Origin: Felis catus
Lineage: Eukaryota
DNA: 64,000 bases
Assembly (NCBI RefSeq): GCF_018350175.1
Contig: NC_058368.1
Coordinates: 161,884,001 to 161,948,000, forward strand
Direction: 5' to 3'
The notes beneath the pieces were generated by a model. The model was not told the origin of the DNA. It saw only the letters and a program-made list of their open reading frames with translations, and searched no databases. The translations under genes were made by a program, and so were the position numbers. Position 1 is the stretch's first letter; every line of letters starts with the position of its first letter. This document shows, one piece after another, positions 26,481 to 38,962 of this stretch.

Positions 26481-27648
26481 AAGAAATTAACTATTCTTAT
26501 AATCAGAGCACCTTGGAGTAAAAAAACCTTCAACATATTGAGAGTTTATATTTCATTTGATGAACTTTTAACTTATTTTAAACATTACCTCAACACTTTA
26601 ACTCAGAATTTGTCGTTTTGATAATGCAAAAAAGAAAAAAGTAATCAATATGACACTTTGAAAGGCAACTAATTAAATGTTAATAAAAAATATTAACTGA
26701 GCACCTGCTAATCTCACCTATAGTTTTAGCCCCTTGGCTTCAGCTAGCGGAGAGTGTAGTATGAATGCGATGAAACTTGCTTATTCTTTCACTTAAGCTT
26801 TTAACTCATTTACCAAATAGTGCTATTTCTTTCCAGATGAATTGCTAAAACTGTATTTTTTAAACTATATTTAGTCATAAGGTTAAGCATGAACTCATAT
26901 GGGATAGAAATGGAGACAATATGAAGTGACACAAAAAAAATCCTCAAAAATGAAAGTATATTTTAGGACATTCATGCACCCTTCTCTCTGAATCCACTTA
27001 ATACAACTAACATCTCTGTTTTTCAATATTTCTCAACTATCTCAGAGTATAGGTTTAATATATACACAACTCACTAGATAAGCACCTGTAAAAATGTGAT
27101 TTTCTTCATTCAATGAGCAAGACATTGAAAGATTAGTAGTAAGCAACAACATCTTGCCAAAATTTGAAGTCACTTGAGCTCAGAAAAACAGCATTCTTGC
27201 CACAAAAATTCATGAAGGTATTCTTTAAGCAGAGATAACATGCATGGATTCATTAAAGCTTTTCACTATTTTCTGTAATTTGAGTAAATACATGTCTAAT
27301 AAAAGATGTGTGTGTAAATATGGAGTTTAATTTCATATTGCACTGCTTGATTGACTTTGAGTGTTCATGTGATCACTTGCTCAAGAATTTCTGGTTAGCT
27401 CATTTGAGAGGTTTTGACCTATGAAACTTATTAAAGAAAAATTTGATCATGTGGCCCAAAGTGGCAGATTTAATTAATATTCTTATAATGATCATTGGCT
27501 TAATCACATTTATAGTTTAATTTTAAGAAGTCTTATATCAGCTTTCATCCAGGTGTTTAGAATTATAGCAGAGAGATGGTCATTCATGCAGTGTTTGATG
27601 AGTAATCTTTAACAAGCTCATTTTTTTTCTTTTCCATTTTCCTTTTAG

Positions 27649-27706
27649 ATTTCCATTAGACATTAGGGATTTCTTTGAAGAACAAAAAGCAAACATCACT
27701 GTAAAG
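27649..27706 (+). other. Candidate 58-nt exon, gene unknown
   Basis: Strong polypyrimidine tract plus AG at 27621-27648; AAG|GTAGTA donor; one open frame reads FPLDIRDFFEEQKANITVK. Confidence 0.25.
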
Positions 27707-30700
27707 GTAGTAGTGAGAAATACATGTATTCTTAATTGTTGTTCCCATGTTTTATGTCAAACAAATGTACCCATGATGAATAAGGGAATACATAAATGAA
27801 CTTGCATATATACCTAAATATATACTTAACTAATCAAAAAACTAAATGCATGAAGAAATTTTAGTGCCATTCATCAAGTACATACCAAGAGTTAGATCTG
27901 TTAGGTGCTTAATATACATTATGTTTAATTCTCAGCAACTCGTCAAGGTTAATAAGGAATTTCTCATTACATCTAAGAAAACTGCTTGAATAATTAATGG
28001 AAACTTGTTTGAGCTCACACAGTGAGCATGGAGAAGAGGCCCAATTAAACCCAAGTCTTTGGATCCCAAATCCCACATATCCCCTTAAGTTAGGTTGGTA
28101 TCAGGCAATAAACGTCAAAGGCAACTGATTAACAGTTTTACATGCTTTGTTTTACTGAGAACAAGATTTACAAGTCCAGTATATATTCACAGAAATAAAT
28201 TGATTTTGCATAATGACATAAGGATTGTACCCCAGCACTCTTTTCCTTAGCAGCATGAAAATTATGCATACCTACTATGATCCTCAAAATTTCTAGTATC
28301 AGGACTCATTTGGCTATAAGTCACCAAATGAAAAGTCTCCTGGTTTTTTTTTTTTTTATTTCCAACTACACTACATAAAATCAATACCTTCCCCCAAATT
28401 TGTCTTGATAAGGAAACAAATATATTAACAAATGTGTTTTCCCTTTTCTACCTTCTAACCGTTCTACTCATTTGCTTCTGTTTTGAACTTTGCAAACAGG
28501 GTTTGGGCTTTTTGCAATGCAGGACTGGGAAAAAAATGAGAAGAGAAATAAGAAACAGTGCTAGTGTATGAGTTGAGTGAGCAAAAGAAGAGCTAGAAGT
28601 TCTTGGTAGAGATAAGGTGTGCAAGTAGTTGAAGTTGAATGGAGTGAGATTCAAATTTTGAGATGTCTGTGAGAACAGTCTGGAACTTGGATTTATTAGA
28701 CATCGGGCAGTAAAATCTTAGATATTTGGAAGGAGAAACAGAATTTGTGAGTTGAGAAAGAAGGATTTTTATAGATGCAGCCATGAAGTACGTATTTGGC
28801 TCTCTGGGTCACAGGGCCCTTGCATAACTGTTTGATACACCAAGGGATTGTTCATTTTCCCAGTGGCAATGCTTACTTCATCTTTTCACGTGTGAACTTG
28901 TCAACCATCACTGAGAGAACTGTTTAAGGAGTCTGCTTTGTAGTATCTCTGTCAGAGAGCAGAGGATGCCTACATCTCAAACCTCAAAAGAGAATGAGAG
29001 GCTGTATCTGGTTATCATTACTGCCAATTGTTTAGCATATGGACACAAGTTACTTCACAGAGGAAAAAACTGAGTACATTTGTTTGACTGCCCTAAAAAT
29101 CAATGGTATAGGTGGAGAGTCATAGAATTTTTTGACTCATGCTTAAATTTCTGTTACTGTAGGATGAGATTGACCTCATCAGCAGAGAGCTGAAATACCT
29201 TTGTTGTTAAGATCTTATACTTACTTAATATCTGCTAAAATTAAGAAATTAAATATTCCTCTGGTCAGAGCACTTTGAAGTCAAAAAAGTTTTTGAGCAT
29301 TTTGAAATTTTATATTTCATTGAATGGACTGTTAACATAATTTTTAAATTTCCTATAACATTTCAACAAACAATATTCTTAGAAAATGATGCCCAATATG
29401 AGAAGATAATATAACATTTTGAAACTCAACTAATTAAACAATAAATTAATAATATGTATTAATTTTATTGAAGTAAATGACTTTATTGACTATTTTCTTT
29501 AGGAGATCTAAACATCTTATTTACTAACTTGTTTTAAAAAAATATTTATTAGTTAATGTATATCATATCAAGGAGAAAGGAATCTTTTGTTTTTTCTACC
29601 TTTAAAAATTGCCCTAAGATAACTCTTTTAGTCCTTTGCAATATATTTTGCTGGCTCATTTGAAGTCAAAGTCATTAATTTAGGGGACCTTGGTTCAGAA
29701 TTGTTGCCTTATATAGCACATCTGACAAAGAGCAGCAGGAGGGCAGCGCCACTGTCTTAAGAATAATTCAAGCAGTCAAGGGTGCAAAATACCAGAGATG
29801 TAACACTTGCTTTGTCTTATCCAGTTTGACCTATTCATTCTGTCTTAGAAGTGATGACCAAAACATAATATTCAGTTCTTTTCAGAGGAGATGTATGGAA
29901 ATAGATGTTGAACCCCTCAATAAAATGGGGATATCCTATTAGCCTAATTCTCAAGACTGGTAAGAGTAAAATATAATATGGCCTTTCATAAAACACTTGA
30001 AAAAATGCAAGGTTTATGGAAATGGTTGATAGCAATAATTCTTTTTTTTTTTTGGTGAAAGGAATATAAAGTGCAGAATATAAAGAACCATGTTTTTAGT
30101 GCATTAAAGTAGCATGAACATTGTGGTTTATTGGATGTCCTATATTCAGCAAATTAATTGGAACAAACTACTTCAGGAAAAAAAATAGTATGCTGAAAAT
30201 TATTTTATTTCCTCTTAGTTCTGCTTCAAAGACACACACTGATAAAAAGGTGCTCCAAAAGCAAGGTGGTTAATTACTGGGGATGTTGTGCTCTGCGATC
30301 ACATTTAAGCTGCAATTACTCTAAAAGCAAGATGGATAGTTACTTCAGTTGCCCAGTTCTAAAGCTACATCAACAGGAAGGTTTTATGAGTATTAAATGG
30401 ATTGTGACTTCACTGTTTCCTCTAATTATTTTGTTTATTTGGGAGAGGAAGGTAATAGTCATAAAATTGAATGTCTAATCACATCGGCTCAACTGACAAA
30501 TTGCTACTAGACTATTTTGTAGACTAAAACAATTTTACAAATGTACTTGGTCCTTAAAAGAAATAATGTCTTAGTTGTATCCATGACTTAAATACAATTC
30601 TAAAGCAAAAGATTGTCGTCTTAAAAAAAGAGAGGGAGAGTGGGAGAAAAACACAGTTATAGCAAGTCAGGTATGTCAAGGTAGTCATTACATTCTGTGA

Positions 30701-31089
30701 CAGACTACACTGCACTCATGAAGTAGTCCATCATACTTGAAGGGAAAATTTCTCTCACCTGACTGGAAGCATAATAAAATATTTTTTAAAAAAATCAGAA
30801 TTTCAGAATGTTTTCTTTATGACATGCAGCATGTTAGCATATGGAGAAAATATGTCACATTATGAAAAAATCAGTAATCTGGCTCTCTCACAGAATAAAA
30901 CCAGAAAAATATCAAGTAGAGCAAATGCTTCTACATCACGAAGAAAGTGTCTTACCACAACTTAGACTCCACAGTTCCTATTTATTTTACTACATTTTAC
31001 TATTCATTGTAACCTCTAGGTTTCTTTTTGTTTGTACGTTTGTTTGTTTTGCTTTTGCTTTTTAACATCTATTGTATCTGATGAAAATG

Positions 31090-31717
31090 TTAGGTTAAAT
31101 GGTTTGCTACTGCACTTTGCAGCACCATGGTCAGCAACATCATGTCAACAGCTTGAAATCTGCCATGGGGAAGTAGCTGCGTGACAAAAATTAACAAATG
31201 GTACAAATCAAGGTTTTTGGTTGCATTGTTGTTGTTCAGAATTCCAAAGTTACAAAAATGCATAGTAAACTTAAGTGGGTCACATCTCATTTCATTGTGA
31301 ATAGCACAAAATTAAAAAAAAAAAAAAAGCTCTTCCAGTATTCAAAACCTATCATTTAATTCAGCAAAGAAATTATTCATATAATTGACAAAAGACTGAA
31401 GATCTGAAATATGTTTTTCGTACTCTTTGTCTTACTCATAACATAAAAATATCTACATTTATGTTAGACTTATACTTGTTCATCATTTACAATTGTAATT
31501 TGGCTGCAGATACAATAGTTTGGCAAAAAAACAATGGGGAATTCAGTGAGAATAAATTGAATATGTGAAATGTATTGTTCTGTATAGTTTAGTATTAAAA
31601 CAGTATTATGTAAAAATTATATTCTACATATTTATTATATCAGTACAACTTACAAAATAATATGTATATATGTAATTTTTGAAAGATGATTGTTAAACAT
31701 TCACTAGCATGCCATTG
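31090..31717 (+). mobile_element. MER63C/D-like hAT-Blackjack element
   Basis: cagcttgaaatctgccatgg; tacaaatcaagg; terminus gttaaacattcactagcatgccattg. Confidence 0.7.
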
Positions 31718-32105
31718 ATTCAAATACAACTACATTAATAATTCCATAAGATGGGAAAAAACAAAAATCTCAGTTAAAAGACAAAGATGGTCAGAGTTTA
31801 ATAAAAAAAAAAAAGGAGAACTTACCATATGTTTCTTTTAGGAGACTCATCTTACACATGGAGATACAAAGATATTGAAAGTAGAAATATGTTTTTTTTT
31901 AATAATAATAAGCAAAACTTTATCAAAGTAGTATCAAACAGAAGACAGTTGAAGGCAAGAAGTATTATTTGAGAAAAAGAAGGAAACTTCATGATGTGAA
32001 AATAATCCACCATCCAGAATTCAAATGCAAAATTAATGTACAACAAATAACATACTCAAAATACTTTTAGAAATTGGCAAAACTAAGTTTAAAAAAATTT
32101 TTAAA

Positions 32106-32400
32106 GGTGCCTGGTGGCTCAGTGTGTTGAGCATCTGACTTTGGCCCCCAGGTCTTGAACTCATGGTTCCTGAGTTCAAGTCCCTCATTGGGCTCTGTGC
32201 TAATATCTCAGAGCCAGGAGCCTGCTTTGGTTTCTGTGTCTCCCTCTCTCTGCCCCTTCCCTGCTAATGCTCTGTCAATCTCTATCTCTAAAAAAAATGA
32301 ATAAACGTGTTTATTCATGTTTAATGTTTAATATGTTTATTCATGTTTAATGTTTATATAAACATTATATATATATATATATAAATTAAAAATTTTTAAA
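32106..32400 (+). mobile_element. Can-SINE with a rearranged tail
   Basis: SINE body; tail contains inverted and tandem duplications. Confidence 0.9.
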
Positions 32401-32870
32401 CAAAATTCCCAGACAATTCTTAAAAGAGATTTTTTTAATAGTTCTGTTTTGTTTTGTTTTGTTTTGTTTTAGTTCACATCCAAATTAGTTAGCATATAGT
32501 GCAATAATGATTTCAGGAGTAGAATCAAGTGATTCATCCCCTACATATAACACCCAGTGCTCATCCCAACAAATGTCTTCTTCAATGTTCCTTACCCATT
32601 TAGCCATCCCCCCACCACAAGCCTCCAGCAACCCTAGTTTGTTCTCCATTTTTAAAAGTCTCTTATATTTTGTCCCCTCCCTGTTTTTATATTAATTTTG
32701 CTTCCCTTCCCTTATGTTCATCTGTTTTGTATCTTAAATTCCACTTATGAGGGAAGTCATATGATATTGGTCTTTCTCAGACTAATTTCATTTAGCATAA
32801 GACGCTGTAGTTCCAACCACATTGTTGCATTTGGCAAGATTTCATTCTTTTTGATTAATGAGTAATATTC

Positions 32871-32985
32871 TATTGTGTGTGTATATATATACACACACAA
32901 TAGAGTATTATATATATATAATATATATATATACACACACATATGTTTATATATATATATAATATATATATATATATACACACAT

Positions 32986-33017
<32 letters not shown>

Positions 33018-33018
33018 G

Positions 33019-33067
<49 letters not shown>

Positions 33068-33081
33068 GCACACACACACAC
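32871..33081. repeat. Compound (TG)/(TA)/(CA)n microsatellite with internal palindromes
   Basis: Seen directly. Confidence 0.95.
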
Positions 33082-34912
33082 TAGAAATATATCCATTCAT
33101 TTATCGATGGACGTTTGGGCTCTTTCCATACTTTGGCTACTGTCAATAGCACTGCTATAAACACTGGAGTGCATGTGTCCCTTCAAAACAGCACACCTGT
33201 ATCCTTTGGATAAATACCTAGCAGTGTGATTTCTGAGTCTTAAGGTAGTTCTATTTTTAATTTTTTGAGGAACCTCCATACTGCCTTCCAGAATGGCTGC
33301 ACCAAATTACATTCCTACCAGCAGTGCAAAAAGGGTTCTTCTTTCTCCACATCCTCGCCAGCATCTACGTTTGCCTGAGTTGTTCATTTTAGCCTTTCTG
33401 ACTGGTGTGAGATGGTTTCTCATTGTAGTTTTGATTTGTATATCCATGATGATGAGTGATGTCGAGCATTTCTTTTAGGTGTCTGTTAGCCATTTGGACG
33501 TCTTCTTTGGAAAAGTGTCTATTCATATATTTTGCCCATTTCTTCTCTGGGTTATTTGTTTTTTGTGTGTTTAGTTTGGTAAGTTCTTTTTAAATTTTGG
33601 ATATTATCCCTTTATCTGATATGTCATTGGCAAATTTCTTCTTCCATTCTGTTGATTGCCTTTTAGTTTTGCTTGTTTCCTTCGCTGTGCAGAAGCTTTT
33701 TATATTGATGAGGTCCCAAGTATTCATTTTTGCTTTTGTTTCCATTGCCTCTGGAGACTTGTTGAGTAAGAAGCTGTACCCAAGGTCAAAGAGGTTTTGG
33801 TCTGCTTCCTTCTCTAGGATTTTGATGGCTTACTGTCTTACATTTAGGTCTTACATCCATTTAGAGTTCATTTTTAGGTATGGTGTAAGAAAGTGATCCA
33901 GGTTCATTTTTCTGAATGTCTCTGTCCAGTTTTCCCAACACCATTTGCTGAAGAGACCATCTTCATTCTACTGTTTATTCTTTCCTGCTTTGTCAAAATT
34001 AGTTGGCCATATGTTTGTGGGTTCATTTATGGGTTCTCTATTCTGTTCCATTGATCTTGTCTGTTTTTATGCCAGTACCATACTGTCTTCATGAATACAC
34101 TGTATTCATGTGATACTTCTTGAAGTGTGGAATTGTGATGCCTCCACCTTTGGTTTTCTTTTTCAGGACTGTGTTGGCTATTTGGGGTATTTTATGGTCC
34201 CATACAAATTTTGGCATTGTTTGTTCTAGCTCTGTGAAGTTATATATTTTGATAGGGATTACAATGAATATGTAGATTGCTTTGGGTATTGACATTTTAA
34301 CAATTTTGTTCTTGCAATCCATGAGCATGGAATATTTTTCCATTTTTTCAGTCTTCTTTGATTTCTTTCATAAGCTTTCTATAGTTTTGAGTGTAAGGAT
34401 TTTTCACTTCTTTGGTTAGGTTTATTCCTAGGTATTTTATGTTTTTTGGTGCAATTGTAAGCGGGATCAATTCCCTGATTTCTCTTTCTGTTGTTTCATT
34501 ATTGGTGTATAAAAATACAACCAATTTCTGTGCATTGATTTTGTGCCCTGCAACTTTGCTGAATTCTTGGATAAGTTATAGCAGTTTTTTGGTGGAATCT
34601 TTTGGATTTTCCATATAGAGTATTATGTTGTGTGCAAAGAGTGAAAGTTGGACTTCCTTCTGGCTTATTTAGGTGCCTTTTATTCCTTTGTGTTGTCTGA
34701 CTGCTGAGGCTAGAACTTTAATAGTATGTTGAATAGCAGTGGCAAGAATGTACATCCCTGTTGTGTTCCTGACCTTAGGGGGCAAGTTCTCAGTTTTTCC
34801 CCATTGAGGATGATATTAGTGGTGGATCTCTCATATATGACTTTTATGATCTTGAGGTATGACCCTTCTTTCCCAACTTTCTTGAGGGTTTTTATCAAGA
34901 AAGGAGGCTGTA

Positions 34913-35371
34913 CTATCAACAATAGCCAAAGTATGGAAAGAGCCCAAATGTCCATCAATGGATGAATCGATAAAGAAGATGTGGTATATATATTTACAAT
35001 GGAGTATTACTCAGCAATCAAAAAGAATTAAATCTTGCCATTTGCAACTATGTGGATGGGAGTGGAGGGTATTATGCTAAGTGAAATTAGTCAGAGAAAG
35101 ACAAATATGATATGACTTCACTCATATGAGGACTTTAAGAGACAAAACAGATGAACATAAGGGAAGGGAAATAAAAATAATATAAAAACAGGGATGAGGA
35201 CAAAACATTAGAGACTCATAAATATGGAGAACAAACTGAGAGTTACTGGAGGGGTTTTGAGAGGAGGAATGGGCTAAATGGGTAAGGGGCACTAAGGAAT
35301 CTACTCCTGAAATCATTGTTGCACTATATGCTAACTAATTTGGATTTAAATTTAAAAAAATAAAAAATAAA
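34913..35371 (+). mobile_element. 5'-truncated L1 3' end inserted antisense in the host L1
   Basis: TSD aagaaaggagg(c/t)tgta at 34897-34912 and 35372-35387; A-rich tail. Confidence 0.95.
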
Positions 35372-35440
35372 AAGAAAGGAGGTTGTATTTTGACAAATGC
35401 TTTCTCTGCATCTACTGAGAGGATCATGTGGTTCTTGTCC

Positions 35441-35664
35441 TTTTTTTATTTTTTTATTTTTATCTTTTTAATTTTTTAAATGTTTTATTTTTGAGAGACA
35501 GAGAGAGAAAGAGCATGAGAGGGGGAGGGCAGAGAGAGGGAGAGACAGAACCTGAAGCAGGTTTTGTCAGCACAGAGGTCGATACAGGGCTTGAACTAAC
35601 TGATTAAAGATCATGACCTAAACTGAAGTCCAACACTTAACTGACTGAGCCACCCAGGCACCCC
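35441..35664 (-). mobile_element. Can-SINE inserted in L1 ORF2
   Basis: SINE body; flanks ttgt(c/a)cttt. Confidence 0.9.
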
Positions 35665-38600
35665 TTGTACTTTCTTTTTAATGTGATGTATCACATTGGT
35701 TGATTTGCAGAAACTGAGCCAGCCCTGCATCCCAAGTATAAATCCCACTGATCATGGTGAATAATTCTTTTAATGTATTGTCGGATCTGGTTGGCTAGGA
35801 TCTTGTTGAGAATTTTTGCCTCCATGTTCATCAGTAAAACTGGTCTGTAGTTCTTTTCTTTAGTGGGTCTTTGGTTTTGGAATCAAGATAATGCTGGCCT
35901 CATAGCATGAGTTTGGAAGTTTTCCTTCCACTTCTATTTTTGGAACAGCTTTAAAATAATAGGTGTTAACTCTTCTTTAAATGTTTGGTAGAAATCCACC
36001 CTCTGCCCCCCGGAAAGCCATTGGCCCTGGAGTCTTATTTTTTGGGAGATTTTTGATTACTAATTCAATTTTTTTCCTGATAATGGGTCTGTTCAAATTT
36101 TCTATTTCTTCCTGTTTCAGTTTTGGTAGTTTTTATGTTTCTATTAATCTGTCCATTTCTTCCAGATTGCCTGATTTATTGGCATATAATTTGCTCATAA
36201 TATTCCCTTATTATTGTTTGTATTTCTGCAGAGTTGGTTGCGATATCTCCTCTTTCATTATATTGATTTTATTTATTAGAGTCTTTTCCTTTTCTTTTTG
36301 GTCAAACTGGGATGGGTTTATCAATTTTGTTAATTCTTTCAAAGAACGAGCTCCTTGTTTCAATGATGTGTTCTAATGTTTGTTTTGTTTTGTTTTTAAT
36401 TTATTTCAATTTCATTGATTTATGCTCTAATCTTTATTATTTCCCATATTCTGCTGGTTTTGGGTTCTATTTGTTGTTCTTTTTCCAACTCTTTAAGATG
36501 GAAGGTTAGATTGTGTATGAGATGTTTCTTCCTTTCTTTAGGAAGGCCTGGATTGCTATATACCGCCCTTGCTACATCCCAAAAGTTTTGGACTATGTTG
36601 TTATCATTTTCATCAGCTTTTGTGCACTTTTTAATTTCCTCTTTTACTTCTCGGTTAACCCATTCATTCCTTAGTAGGGTGTTCTTTAATCTTCAAGTAT
36701 TTGTTGTCTTACCAAATTTTTTTCTTGTGGTTGATTTAGAGTTTCATAGCATTGTGGTCTGAAAATATACATGACATAATCTCGATCTTTTTGTACTTGC
36801 TGAGGGCTGATTTATGTCTCAGCATATGATCTATTCTTAAGAATGTTCCATGTGCACTGGAGAAGAATGTGTATTTCCCTGCTTTAGGATGAAATGTTCT
36901 GAATAAATTGGTTAAATCCATCCAGTCCAATGTGTCAGTCAAAGCCATTGTTACGTTGTTGATTTTCTACTTAGATGATCTGTCCACTTCTGTAAGTGGG
37001 GTGTTGAAGAACCCTATTATTATGATATTATTATCAATGAGCTTCTTTATGTTAGTGATTAATTGGTTTACATATTTGGATGTTTACACACAGGTGCATA
37101 AATGTTTACAATTCTCAGATCTTCTTGGTGGATACACCCCTTAATTATGATATAATGCCCATCTTCATCTCTTGTTGCAGTCTTTATTTTAAAATACAGA
37201 TTTTCTGATGTAAGTATGGCTGCTCTGATTTTTTTTTTCACAACCATTAGCATTATAGATGGTTCTCCATCCCCTTACTTTCAATCTGAAGGAGTCTTTA
37301 GGTGTAAAAGTCTTGATCTCTTGTAAACAGTACATAGATGGATCTTGTTTTCTTATCCATTTTGTTATCCTATGTCTTTTGATTGGAGCATTTATTCCAT
37401 TGACATTTTGATTGAGTACTGAAAGATATGAATTTAATGCCGTTGTGTTGCTTGTAGAGTTGGAGTTTCTGGTGGTGTTCTCTGGTCCCTTGTAGTCTTT
37501 GTTCCTTTTGGTCTTTTTTTATTTTGTTTCATCTTTTGTCCCCTCAAAGAGTCCTCCTTAAAATTGCTTGCAGGGCTGATTTAGTGGTTATGAACTTTTT
37601 TAGTTTTCGTTTGGGAAAATTTTTATCTCTCCTTCCATTTTGAATGACAGTCTTGGCTGCATATTTTTCTGATTCAACACGTTGAATATATCTTGCCATT
37701 CGTGATGGCCTGCCAGGTTTCTGTGGATAGGTCTGTTTCAAACCTGATCTGGCTTTCCTTATATGTTAAAGACTTTATTTCTCTTGCTGCTTGCATAAAT
37801 CTTTCCTTGTCTGTGTATTTTGTGAATTTGACTATGATATGCCTTATTGATGGCCAGTTTTTGTTGAATCCAATGGGAGTTCTCTTTGCTTCCTGGATTT
37901 TGATGTCTGTGTCTTTCCCCAGGTTACAAAAGTTTTCTGCTATGATTTGTTCACATAACCCTTCTACACCTTTTTATTTTTCTTCATCATTTGGGACCCC
38001 TATGATTCTAATGTTGTTCCTTTTTAATGAGTCACCAAGTTCTCTAATTCTTATACCATGCTCTTTTGCCTTAGTTTCCCTTTTTTTCCTGCATCATTAT
38101 TCTCCATAAGTTTGTCCTCTATATCCCTGATCCACTGCTCTGCCTCATCCATCTTTGCCACTATGGCTTCCATTCGAGATTGCATCTCAGTTATTGTATT
38201 TTTAATTTCATCTTGACTACATTTTACTTTTTTTATCTCCACAGAAAGGGATTCTATGCTTTTTTCAACACCAGCTAGTGTTCTTATTATCATGACTCTA
38301 AATTCTGGTTCAGACATCTTGGTTATATCTGTGCTGATTAAATCCTTAGCTGTCATTTTTTCCTGTTCTTCTTTTCAAGTGAATTGCTTCATTTTATCAT
38401 TTTGTAGGAACAAAAGAATTTATAACTTAAAAGATAAAAATTAAAAAAAATCGAGAAAAAACAAAATAAAGGAAGCTGGATCCAAGGTGTGTTTTGGTCT
38501 GGTTATTGAAGGAAGCTTGATATAATAGAAAGAAATGGAAAGACAAGAAAAGGTAAGAAAAAAAAGAATAAAAAAGTAAGGAATCGTTAAAAAATTTTGA

Positions 38601-38948
38601 AAAATGTATACCACAAAATGAAATGAAGAAAGTAAAATAAACTGAAAAATGTACAAAAGTAGTAATAAAATATAGTACAAAATATAAAGAAAAATATTTT
38701 TTATAAAACCAGAAAATAAAAATAATTTTTTTCTCTTTCTGTATCTAAGAATAAGAAAAAAAATGAATAGATGGACCATCAAACAGAATGAAATCCGAAT
38801 GAAATTACATCCAGTTTCCCCTAGAGGTCAAACTATGAAGCCATTTATAGTCTGTACACTAAGCGCTAAGCAGGGGGAGAGACTTGTGGTCCTCTGGTAG
38901 GGTCTGGTTGGCACATTTGAATGGGGGTTGGTGGAACTTCTCCATACT

Positions 38949-38962
38949 CCACTAGGTGGCAT
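38949..38962 (+). promoter_or_regulatory. CTCF core-motif match in the L1 5'UTR region
   Basis: CCACTAGGTGGCA fits the CCASYAGRKGGCR core; motif only, occupancy unknown. Confidence 0.35.

Noticed and set aside
29731..29752. CTCF-like agcagcaggagggcagcgcc
   Set aside because: Spacing is one base off the core motif.
32757..33149. C/V/Y/I/H/T-rich ORFs
   Set aside because: Translations of dinucleotide microsatellite.
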